Source: Prorocentrum cordatum (Eukaryota). Taken from it: a DNA stretch of 64,000 nt. The stretch's first letter is position 1; every line of letters begins with the position of its first letter. A model generated the notes under the pieces. That model did no database searches. It saw nothing but the letters and a program-made list of their open reading frames with translations, and was not told where the DNA came from. The stretch lies in the NCBI GenBank assembly GCA_963575745.1, contig CAUYUJ010000148.1, positions 62,001 to 126,000 of the forward strand, read 5' to 3'. The position numbers were made by a program, and so were the translations under genes. Shown one piece after another: positions 49,901 through 60,279 of this stretch.

Positions 49901-52875
49901 CCCCCCCTCGCGCTCCTCCCGCTCGTGCCCCTCTCCCCCCTCCCCCCCCTCCTCCTCCTCCTCCTCCTCCTCCTCCTCCTCCTCCTCCTCCTCCTCCTCC
50001 TCCTCCTCCTCCTCCTCCTCCTCCCAAATATTTGCTCCCGTGCCTCCCTGATCTGCTCTCCAGCCCCCCCCCTCGACCTACCTGCCCCCGTGCCTCCTGC
50101 CGCGCCCCGACCCTGCCCCCCCCCCGGACTGCGCCCCTTGCTTGGGCCGCCCCGGGGAAGGTTGCAGGGGCCCCCCTCGCGGTGCACCTGGCGGGCGGCG
50201 CCCGGTTCGGCTCTGCAACTTTCGGGGAAACGTAAGACCCGGGTACGGGGGACTCGGAAATCCCCGACGAGGTCGTCAAAAAAATGACGAGGCCGAGCCT
50301 GCATTTTGACGAGGCCTCCCGCTGCAGACATCCCACGAAACTCCTCCTCGTCAAAATCCGAGTCGCGGTCGTCAAAAAACGATGGCGAACCCGAGTCCCG
50401 GCAAACCCGGGTCTTACGCTCCCCCGAAACTTCGACCGCCGGAGTAGTTGAACTCGAATGTCCGCGACGCGCATGCTGCGTTGCCGCAGTGGCCCGTGGC
50501 GTGTATGTACGCACGGGGGGAGATGGGTAAATCGGAGGGGTTGCGTTGCCCGATAGCCGCGGACGCTAGACGTCTCTTCGTCGGGCAGGGTTTCCCCCGA
50601 CCAATACTCCGCGCGCTCGCTGCAGACGTTGCTTCTCTCTGGATTCCGTCGCTGAGTCATGCAGTCGCTTGCGTCTGCTGCTGCTTCTGCAGAGCTTGCG
50701 GAGCTTGCTTAGCTGCTCGAGGTCATGGCAAATGCGCTCGGCAAGTTCCCCCGTCGTCAGCTCTCTCGGAGGCGTGGCTGGCAGGGCCGTGTCTGACTGG
50801 AGGGAGCTGCGTCGCTGGGTTGGCTGAGGCCGCTGGGCCTAGGGCTGCACTGACTGTTCGCTGGCCCGCCGAAGATGCGCTGGCTGAAAAATTAACATCC
50901 TGTTCCCTCGGCGCCATCTGGTCCGTGGACGAGCCTTCTCAGAGGCTCCGCTACCACTGTTCCCAAACCGACGGTGTCGAAGAATCTAGCTTTTTGTGTC
51001 ACACCTCAGTCCCACAACAATCGTCAGTAATGCGCCCACGTAGTACAGAAGGAAAAGATATGGAATCGGGAAAGGGATGTGGAGTGAATTGGACTAGTCT
51101 CGAGAAAGTCAACGAGTGGGCGAAAAACCGGCCTAGAGCCAAAGTGATTGCGGCAGCACTCGGTTCCTTGCTATGCTGCTTCAGACCGAAGGCGCGGTTA
51201 TCTAGATGAATGAACCGGCGGCGCTCGTTCCCACAGCGGTGGCCCCGAAACCCCACAAACGCACCACACGGTGTGGTCACCGCGCCGTGTGGGGCCCCCC
51301 GCGGCCTCCAAGTCAAAGCGCCGATCCCTCGGGCCGAGGATGGGCCCGGCCGGCGCGGGCGAGGCGGACACCTGACGTTCCCCGATCGGTGGGGGGGGCG
51401 GCCTCTGCCCTCTTCGTCTTCCTGAGGCGGGGGTGAGGGGAGGCAGAAGGATGAAAAGGGCGGGGAGGATAGCGCAGGAAGAGGTGTGGAAGGAGTGGCG
51501 TTTGAGGAGGAGCGCCTCCGATCCTCCTCCCACCTCCCTCATCGTGAGGGTGTGGGGAGGGGGACGTGGAGGAGGAGGGACTCCTCCGCCTCATCGTCTC
51601 TTCCTCCTTCAGGATTCTGGGGGGCCGCCAAAACGACGAGTATACCCAGATTCAGCCTCCTCTTCACCCCTTCTTCTCCCGCCCACTCCTCCACCTCCCG
51701 GGCGGGGGGGGGATGAGCGATTCTCGTCGATTCTGCTCCTGCCCCTCCCGCTCCTCCTGCTCTTCCGCCTAATACCTGATCGTCGTTCTCCCCATACTCT
51801 TCCCGCCTTCGCTCCCGCACCCGCTCCTGCTCCCCATCCTTCAGCTTGTATGTATGTTCCTCTTCCACCGCCTCTTCCTCCTCCTTCGTGCTGTCCCCCT
51901 CCTACTCTAGGAGCTCTGCTCGAAGCTCTTGTATCATCGCCTGGCCCACCTCCAGAAAAAAGGACTGCCACGGATCTGCAGTTGGGTTCAAGAGTGGGCC
52001 AGGACGATAATGAGGTCGGCATCCCTTGACGGAGCCACAACGCCCTCCCTGCTGACACAAGCGCGCCAACGAGAAGACCAAACTATGGGGGGGGACAAGG
52101 ATGTACGTACCCATACCGATACTCCCCAGAACTCTCCTGGGGTGCGTTCGGACAAGGATGTCGAGGAGACACTGACCGTGGCGACGAGGGCTCTGACGGA
52201 GGAGCAGCAGCGTCGGTACCTGTTCCTTCCCGGAGAGATAGCACAACAAAAATATGAAATATCACGACGACTAGCATTGGAGGCGGCCGGGAGGCCTGAA
52301 CTGGTTGGGGTCCTTGAACATCTGTCAGGATGGGGGATGACGCCAAATCCGCTAAAACACCTCGTGGAGATCAATTCGCACAATTTTTGACCCCAAATCC
52401 GTTTTGACGATCCCGTGGCCCGAAAACGGTCCCTCGAGGCAGAACAAAACAAACAACTTCCCGAACCCAAATCCTCGAACCTGCCCCCCCCCATGCTGCT
52501 GGCCGGCACCAGTGCTGGGCGACTTCAAACCCCAGGGCGATTCCAAATCACAACGGCGAGCATGGTTGAGCAGGGACCGACCGTCCTGGCATTCCTGTAG
52601 GCCTACCACGGCATGTTCCTAGAACCCACAAAATGTTCTAATAGCAAAACAATGCTCTTAGAAGGTAAGCCCGATGTGTTAAAACAAGACAGCCTCAGCC
52701 GGAAATGTTCTAAGAACATTTCGTGCAAACCAAAACAAGGTTCCTAGAACATGATTTGGAGGTCCGATGCGCGAGCCAAGTCGCTCTGCCACTGCCTGAC
52801 ACGGAGCTCCTCCGGGTGGAACCACACCGCTGCCCCCGGCGGATCGGGCGTGCCTCCGTCAGGCCACAGCAGCGC
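46965..52875 (-). CDS. Series of micro-exons of a hypothetical protein (52875-52796, 51371-51306, 50187-50161, 47914-47873, 47049-46965)
   Basis: Each follows AG|G: ALLWPDGGTPDPPGAAVWFHPEELRV; VSASPAPAGPILGPRDRRFDLE (66 nt, GC donor); VHREGGPCN; VGLRRGRPMWQNVT; EEVIWTRGGPALEILRVRYCG. Confidence 0.45.
48770..49620. repeat. C-rich minisatellite (cttagc...ccccttgaccccctctgccggaagctacccc)
   Basis: Motif recurs at about 48890, 49040, 49190, 49310 and 49590. Confidence 0.8.
50218..50432. mobile_element. Foldback element with a ~40-bp TIR and internal cgtcaaaa repeats
   Basis: tttcggggaaacgtaagacccgggt / acccgggtcttacgctcccccgaaa (14-bp perfect core). Confidence 0.75.
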
Positions 52876-53094
52876 CTTGCAGCAGCGCGGCTGCCTGCGG
52901 AGAAGGCCGGCCCCGCGTGGCCGCACGGGTGTGCCGGCTGGCATGACCCGACAATTGACTGGCATTAAAAATCGAATGGCTGTCATTCACAAGCGCAGGG
53001 ATTAGACATGACGCGTTGTTCGTGTACTCCGATTGGTGGTCAGAATCACCGCTACTGGTTGTTTACGACACCAGTACTTGCTGTTGACCCCGGC

Positions 53095-53820
53095 AAATCC
53101 CACCAGCCCTTTGGGAGAAGGTGGCCTGACGAGTTCTTTCACTCCTCCTCCAACAACTCTTCTCCATTCGACGAGGGGTACCCAGCCCATTCCCCTCCCT
53201 GAGGTGGTTTGGGACGGTCGGCGATCAGCTAGAGCGTCCAAATCGGCCCAAGATGGCTTCAGAATGGCCTCCGATGCTCCAAGATGATCTCTAAGATGAT
53301 CTCCAAGGCGCCTCAAGATAGCCGGAGATGGTTCAACACAGCTCCCGATATGCCTTCAAGGGGCCTGATGAGGGCCACCAAATGGTCTCAAGTGCTTTCG
53401 AAGCCCCCATCAGGACCCCGCCAATCTCAAACACCAAGAGACCATCAGTGATTGGTGACGACTCGCCATTTCGCTTTCGATGCAAATGTTGAAGCCTCAA
53501 GATAGCCTAAGAGAGGCCCAAGAGGAGCCGAAGAGGCCCCCCCAGGCGGCCCCAAGAGCGGCTCCAGGCCGCCCAAAGAGGGCACCAAGAGGCAAATAAT
53601 GTACATGGCCCCGAGGGGGGGGGAAGAACTCTGGGACCCCCGCCCCGTTCGATCGATGGCCTCCAAGATGACCCCGAGAGGCCATCCAGGGCTCCCAAGG
53701 GACCCTGAAGAGGGTCCCAAGAGGGCCCTTAAGAGGACCCCCCAAGAGCCCCAAAGAGCGCCAAGAGGACCCAACAATCCCCCACAAGATGCCGCAGAGG
53801 GCTCCAACAGGCGATTTTGA
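53095..53820. repeat. Member of the 8523-9170 repeat family
   Basis: Same start (aaatcccaccagccct...) and a cccaagagg-rich core. Confidence 0.6.
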
Positions 53821-54254
53821 AGGCTCGGTCCTCGTCCTCGTTGTCCTCCTTCTCCTCTTCTTCCTCGTCCTCGTCCTTGCCCTCATCGTGTTATTTTCCC
53901 TGTTCCTCCTCTTCGTAGTCGTCATGGTTGTCGTCGTCGTCGTCGTCCTTCGCCTCCTCCTCCATTGCCTCGACCTCCTCCCACGCGGGCCCACGGGATG
54001 GCCCCAAGAAGAACTCCAAAGTCACCGCCCAGCTTCCGGAGATCTTTCTCTGTTCGGCCTGGTTGCCCACTGTGGTTCACTACATACGTCCCCTCGCCTC
54101 TTTTTCTTTCCGCTCTCCAAGGCAGGGTTTATGACAAGGCTGGTGGGGGTACGCGAGGCGCGAATCACAAGTGGCACGCGTGCCCTGGCTCTTGCACACT
54201 TGAAGAGAGAAAGAGAAGGAGGGGCATGTGGGGGGCGAGAGTGCCAGGGGATGA

Positions 54255-54970
54255 GGGGCCAGAGCCAGGGGGACGGAACCACGAAAATAAAGGGTCCGGG
54301 GCGAGGAGGGCTGGGGCCAAGGCCAGGGTCGGGGCGAGTGGGGGTCCAGGGCCAGGGCAGGGGGACTGAAGCTCGGACCAGGGGCCAGAGGTCCAGGGCC
54401 AGGACCAGAGGGGCGACGACGAGCGAAAAGAAAGGGTCCAGGGCGAGGGGGGCTGGGGCCATGGCCAGCGGAGGAGGCAGGGTCCAGGGCCAGGACCACA
54501 GGGACGATGACGAACAAAAATGAATGGTCCAGGGCGAGAGGGACTGGGGCCAGGGCCGGGGGGAGGCTGGGTCCAGGGCCAGGGCCAGCGGGGCGAGGGG
54601 GGCTGGGAGATTGGGCCCAGGGCCAGGACCGGACCAGGGACGACGACGAGCGAAAAGAAAGGGTCCAGGACGTGGGGGACTGGGGCCAGGGCCAGGGGAG
54701 GCTGGGTCCAGGGCCAGGGCCAGCGGGGCGAGGGGGGCTGGGGCCAGGACCAGGGGGGGAGGGGTCCAGGGCCAGGACCGGGCCAGGGACGACGACGAAA
54801 GAAAATAAAGAGTCCAGGGCGTGGGGGACTGGGGTCAGGGCCGGGGGGGGGAGGCAGGGTGCAGGGCGAGGGCCAGCGGGGCGAGGGGGGCTGGGGCCAG
54901 AACCAAGGGGGGAGGCTGGGTCCAGGGCCAGGACCGGACCGGGGGGACGACGACGACGAACGAAAATAAA
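54255..54970. repeat. G-rich minisatellite, about 130-bp unit x 5
   Basis: gtccagggccagg...gacgacgacga..aaaa recurs at about 54415, 54505, 54640, 54790 and 54950. Confidence 0.85.
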
Positions 54971-55333
54971 GAGGTCCGAGCTCTAGAGCACAGCTGTGCA
55001 AGAGAATAACTGATGTTGGCCCCCTTTGCCCGTCGCACCCTGTGCTTTAATCGATTGGGAAACATTGGATTGATTCTCTACTGGTGTTGAACGCGTTGCG
55101 TTCCTATGTATATACCGCTCGTGCTTCACGTTCATATGTGTATGTATAAATATATATATATATATATACACGTAGTATAAGTGTCACTTCGCGCGCGTAA
55201 TCATGTAGAATGTCACCTCTCTCTCTCTCTCTCTCTCCCTTGCTCTCTCTCCCGATGTCCCTCTCTCAGTCTCTCCGTCATTATCTCGCGCTTTCTTTAT
55301 TTTTCTCTCTGTCTCTCTCTCTCTCTCTGTCTC

Positions 55334-55364
<31 letters not shown>

Positions 55365-55515
55365 TCTCTCCCCAGCGGTCACTCAGCATTTTGTTGTGTC
55401 CGCACCCTCTCTCTCATGAGGGTTACCTGGGGGACTAACATGTATACATATATTTATATGTGTATATATAGAAGTATCCGTAGTTCCTCCGAGTTGATCA
55501 AAGATGTTTTTTTTC

Positions 55516-55927
55516 GTGAGGCGAGCGTCAAGCTATGACTTTGCGCGAGCTCACCGGCAGTGCACTGCCATGCAAACCGCGCGGCGGAGAAAAAAAACAA
55601 TCCAAAAATCTCGTCGAGGCAGCTTGGTAGGCGAAATGGCAGATCCAACGTCAGAGGAGGAGGAGGGGAAGGAGGAGGAGGAAGAACAGAAAGAGATCTT
55701 GAGCGAAACGGCTCGTCAAATGCTGAAAGACCGTGTTCGCACGTCTGAACACTGCAGTTTGCGGCCAGTTTCCTGACGGCACACAGAGGATGACAAACTG
55801 GTTGGAGGGAGAAAAAAACCCAAACCCAACAAACGTCCTCCACATTGGCCACCGATGCTGCTCTCTTGTGCGAAGCGAGCGGGAGGCTATCTCTTCACGC
55901 GAGCTCACCGGCAGTGCACTGTCATGC
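55516..55927 (-). repeat. Pair of 58-bp direct repeats (55516-55573 and 55870-55927), candidate split direct repeats of a YR retroelement
   Basis: 48/58 identical, with a 24-bp identical core cgcgagctcaccggcagtgcactg. An A-run follows the distal copy on the minus strand. Confidence 0.6.
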
Positions 55928-55969
55928 GCCCAAACACCCAAAATAGCAGATGGCTGGCATGTGTCACTA

Positions 55970-56690
55970 ATAGAAGGAGCTCATCATTGCGACCAGGATA
56001 CTGATGGCTGCCCCGCGCAGCCACAATGCAGTGGCCCCAGCAGCTGGCAGGGGGTAGGCTTCGGTAAAAACGTCCCAGATCCGACCGCACGGAATCTTCC
56101 AGTCTAGACAGATGTGAGGTCGACCCGCGAAACTGCAAATATGTTTTGCACATGAACAAACACTCTCTGCCCAGCGCCAGAGGGACCAGGCCACAACTCC
56201 ACGCGAGCAGCCTGGTGCGCTTGCGCCAGCGGGCGCCGTGAGCAAATTAATCAAACAAATGTATGCATGCAACTGGCCAGCTCGGCGGGATGTTTGAAAA
56301 CTGCTTCATGCCATATCCGATTGGTGGCGGGGTGCCGAACCCCCCTGGCACTCCTCGCAATTGACAGGCACGAACGAATTGCTGGAACTGCCCTGCACAA
56401 GCGTTGCCGATTTCTCCAGCTTTTCCAGGGATTCAAAATGTGCGTGGCGGGGTTCACGCATGTTGAAAAAGCTGCGGACAAAAAAAATACGGGCGGCCGC
56501 TGACCAGGTCCTGCACGGTGGTGCGGTCCAGACGCCGCGCACAAAGCCTGCGAAAGTCCATCCGGTCGGACCTCTCGTCAACCGAGGGTTTGTGAAATCC
56601 ACCCAAGTGTTCGAGACGAGAACACCGAATTAGGAATTGCGAAGAAATGCGGACCCGACCGATCCCTGACCAGCGAACAAATCAATTCAA
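55970..56690 (-). pseudogene. Decayed C5 cytosine DNA methyltransferase-like domain
   Basis: Ordered motifs: IDLFAGQG (motif I, 56683-56663); one in-frame TAA; VDFTNP; GVWTAPPCRTWSAA (motif IV, PPC at 56521-56513); RHPATNRIW (decayed ENP); HGARWRKRTRLL (motif VIII-like); CSFAGRPHICL...EAYP. At least two frameshifts. Confidence 0.8.
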
Positions 56691-57624
56691 ATTTTCATGC
56701 CCCTTCTGGCGGCTCTCCCCGAGAACCTGCACATCAAACCAGCGACGACAGCAACGAACCGACGATCCCTTGCCCCACGACCCCGCGACGGCCTCCAACG
56801 ACGCCCTCTGTGACGGCCTCTTGGCGACGAGCTCCGCGACGGCGACCCCCGCGACAGACCCGCGCGACAGCAACGGCCAAGGCGGGCACGAAGACGGTCG
56901 CGTCTACCACGACATCCCCCCCGCCCGCCCCCCCGACGGCCTCACCGACAGCCCACGCGACAGCCTCGCGGACACCCACCACGAGCACGACTACGAAGAC
57001 AGCGCTGTCTCGTCAGGGGGGACAGGCCCCGAGGACGAGGACGTCACATCGGACGACTCCGACACGTCGAGCCCACTCCTCGCCGCCTGGAGACAGAGGC
57101 GGCCGCATCTCTCATTCCTGGAGATGACCATCCCCCCCCCCGCGCCGCACAGGCTGCACCACGACCCCCCGCGCCCCCTTCGACCCGACTGCCCTCACGA
57201 CGAACGAGGTGGTGAGCCGCCACTTTCGTAAATCAATGGCCGGAGGCATGGGAACCGTGAGCCACGTCGCCCAACCTTCCCGTCCCTTCCGGCCGCTCAC
57301 GCGCAATCCGCACCTCGCCATCACCCCCGCTCCCTTCTCGTCTTGATTCCTCGGTCTCCATCCCCCCGGGCTCCGCCGTCTCCGCGGCCGTCCCCCAGGG
57401 GTCCCCCTTCCCCCTCCTCGCTCACCCGCCAAGATCGTCACTCTGCATCCCCCTTTTCTCGCCCTGTACCTTCCACTGCGCAGACTTCTCACCCCCACCG
57501 ACCTTCCTTCCTTCCTTCCTCGGCAGCAGCACAGGGTTGGGTTCAAACCCGTGAAGAATCTCGAAAAATACATAAGCGGGAGAGAGGTCAGGGCTGAACC
57601 GCCCAACCCCAGGGCCCCTAGCGG

Positions 57625-58482
57625 GCCTGGGCCGCGCGCGGCCGCCTTGAGCCGTCTCATCGCGAGCGCACCGCGCAAGAAAGCTCGCGGCCGTCTGCCT
57701 GGAGCTTGCCCCACCGCTCGCGCGCCCACCCAAACAGCGCCGCAGAAGGCGGCTCCCGAGAGCCAAGGAACCGCAAGGCGCACCAAACCGCACCCCAACT
57801 CGTTTTTCTGCTCGCGGCCGCCGCCGGAGGGGGTGAGGGAGGAGTTACTTCAGAGGATCCAGGTCCTCGCGGGAGGATGCTTACCTTTACGCTACCATTC
57901 AAGGACGAGGGACGAGGGTCCGTGGCCTGGAAGCCCCCCCAGAGCTCTCCTCCCCGGGGATCTCCCGGGGTTCTCTGGGGCTTGGGCGGTCCCTCCTCGC
58001 TCCCCTCTCCCGCCTCACCGTTGTTCCCCTCTTGTCCCCGTCTCCCTCGCCTCCGGGTGCCCCCCCTTCGATCACAAGTCCCGCCGTGTGCCGCAGCATG
58101 CCGCTCCGAGACACCCTAGTTTGATCAACTCCCCAGGGCCGACCAGGCCTGGGCGATGGGGGCCGCGTTCGACGAACCCTCAGGCCGTCAGGAAGCAGGA
58201 ACCAGGAGGAGGAGAGGGAGGATAAGAGGAGGAGGAGGGAGGAACATAACAGGGCGGAGGAGGAGGAGGAGGAGGAGGCACGTGAATTGCTCCCATAAGC
58301 GGAGGAGGAGGAAGAGAAGGAGGAGAAGGGAAGAGGAGGAGGAAAATGAGGAGGAAGAAAGAGGAGGAGGAAGAAGGACCGGCAACAACATCCTCCTGTG
58401 CCCAGCCGCCCCCACGCGAAGCCGGCCGCCCCGCCTCAAGCGCCAGGCGCCAGGTCGCACGGGCCCGGTCCAGTGCTCCCCT
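57625..58482 (-). CDS. Two putative short exons (about 57625-57700 and 58430-58480)
   Basis: GRRPRAFLRGALAMRRLKAAARG; gcgccag|GEHWTGPVRPGAWRL. GC-rich islands beside microsatellites. Confidence 0.3.
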
Positions 58483-59399
58483 GGCGCGGGGAGATCATAG
58501 GAGGAGGGAGGGGGGAAAGGAGGGGAGGGAGGGAGGGAGGGAGGGGGCGAGGAGGGAGGAGGAGGGAAGGAGGGGAGGGAGGAGGAGGGAGGGAGGGAGG
58601 GAGGGACGGAGGAGGGGAGGAGTGAGGGAGGAGGAGGAGGGAGGGAAGGAGGGAAGGAGGATGAAGACTGCCCAACAGATGGCAGCCTCTCTACCTCTAC
58701 CTCTGCTCTACCTCTGCTCTAACCTGACTCCCCCCAAAACCATAGCAGACGAAACCAGCGAACAAGGTTTCACTGGGTCAAGCTGTCGCACGCCGGACTC
58801 TCCTCTGGGCAGATGGCGGGCCGCGTAAGGGGCGCGGGCGGGACTCGGCGGGCAAGTCGCCGCGAGGGAGGCAAGGGTGATGCAGATTGCCCAACAGATG
58901 TGCAGCCCCCACCTCCCCCCCTAGCGAATCCACGGCAGCACGCGTCTAGATAGCACCCACAGAAACATACATAGCACCAGAGGGAAACCCCCATCAGTGG
59001 ATGCCCTGGACCTTTCGCACGCAGCCCACGCCTGCCATCGCCTTCATTCTCTTTCGTTATCGTTCTCGATGCGTTTCCTCTCTCCCTCTCTCTCTCGTAC
59101 GCATTGACTTGCTACGCCATCGCACCTCACAACACACTCTAGTGTCCCAGACCCACTCTCAGCTGTATCCATACATCGAGGAATCCGAATGATGCCACGC
59201 TCCTCCGATGAGGGCAGCATCTATCGTTCTTGGATGGGCTGGTGTGGATAACTCTTGGTTAGCGGGCACGCGAAACGAGTCGAACGCCGAGCGTGCTAGG
59301 GCGGGCCACGCCGGTAGCGAAATGAAAAACAGTACAGGCGGCGACGCGCGAGGAGCCGCAAAACCGACCAGGCGGTCAGCAGCAGAAGAGCGTGCCGTA

Positions 59400-60000
59400 G
59401 GCTGGTGGGGATAAGCGAAGTTTAGGAATTCGACGCACCTCAACACCGCACGCATCCGTCGGACAATATCCCCGCAACTGCACGGATGGACACCGTGTGG
59501 CTCACAAGATCATGATCTCGACGTTGCGCCACGCACAGTCGACTAGAACCATTCCAACCATTCCACCGATGGCGTGCGAATTGCTTGCAAAATGCGGGTC
59601 TCGCCGAAGTGCCGAATATATTCGTCGTACAGGTTAGCGACATCTACACGGACGGAGGCAATCAATTCTCCAAGTTTGGCTCTCGCTTGGGCGGCGCGCA
59701 CATTCGCCTTCCCAAACCTCACATTTGCTCGCATTGGGGAAAGCACCTTTTCGAACTTATCCTCTCGCCAAGATGCTGCGCACCTCCTTCCTAGACAGAA
59801 TTTGCAACACGTGCGCGGGTGACTTGCGATTCCATTTCAAAATGAGGATGTCGCGTTACGCATGCTCGAATTCGACTGCCAAAATACCAATGGTTTGCAA
59901 CAACTACACGAATGGAAAACAACTCTTCTTCAAAGCGGAACTCTCGCTTGAGATCTCCTCTAATCCGACGGCTGCAAGTCCACCAGTGCGCAACAATTTG
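59400..60000 (-). pseudogene. Decayed intronless coding fragment of unknown family
   Basis: Reads through stops and shifts as LLQTIGILAVEFEHA*RDILILKWNRKSPAHVLQILSRKEVRSILA/DKFEKVLSPMRANVRFGKANVRAAQARAKLGELIASVRVDVANLYDEYIRHFGETRILQAIRTPSVEWLEWF. Confidence 0.35.
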
Positions 60001-60279
60001 ACCGACAGGGGACGGTTCCGTTTCAATTGTGGGCTCTCTCTCTCTCTATCTCCCTATAGTTACACTTCCTCACGCTTCACCGTCGCTGTCATCCTGAACA
60101 ATCTTTCAGGAAGGAACATCAAGAGAAGCGCGCGACCACGAATCCTCACCACGGAGTGCCTAGCACTGCAGCGAGAAACAGACGATCACCAATCAACCAG
60201 GAACGCTACACGAGACAACCTGTCACAGGCAAGTTTTAAACTGTTACCTGGGATAATAGGAAGTGAAACTATGAATATG

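Noticed and set aside
51929..52390. 153-aa plus-strand ORF with a helical-looking C-terminal half
   Set aside because: No recognisable domain or start context and antisense to local exons; possible TE relic but unsupported.
54255..54970. CRISPR-like regularly spaced repeats or collagen-like Gly/Pro CDS
   Set aside because: The spacers are themselves repeated and unit lengths do not preserve a frame; it is a minisatellite.
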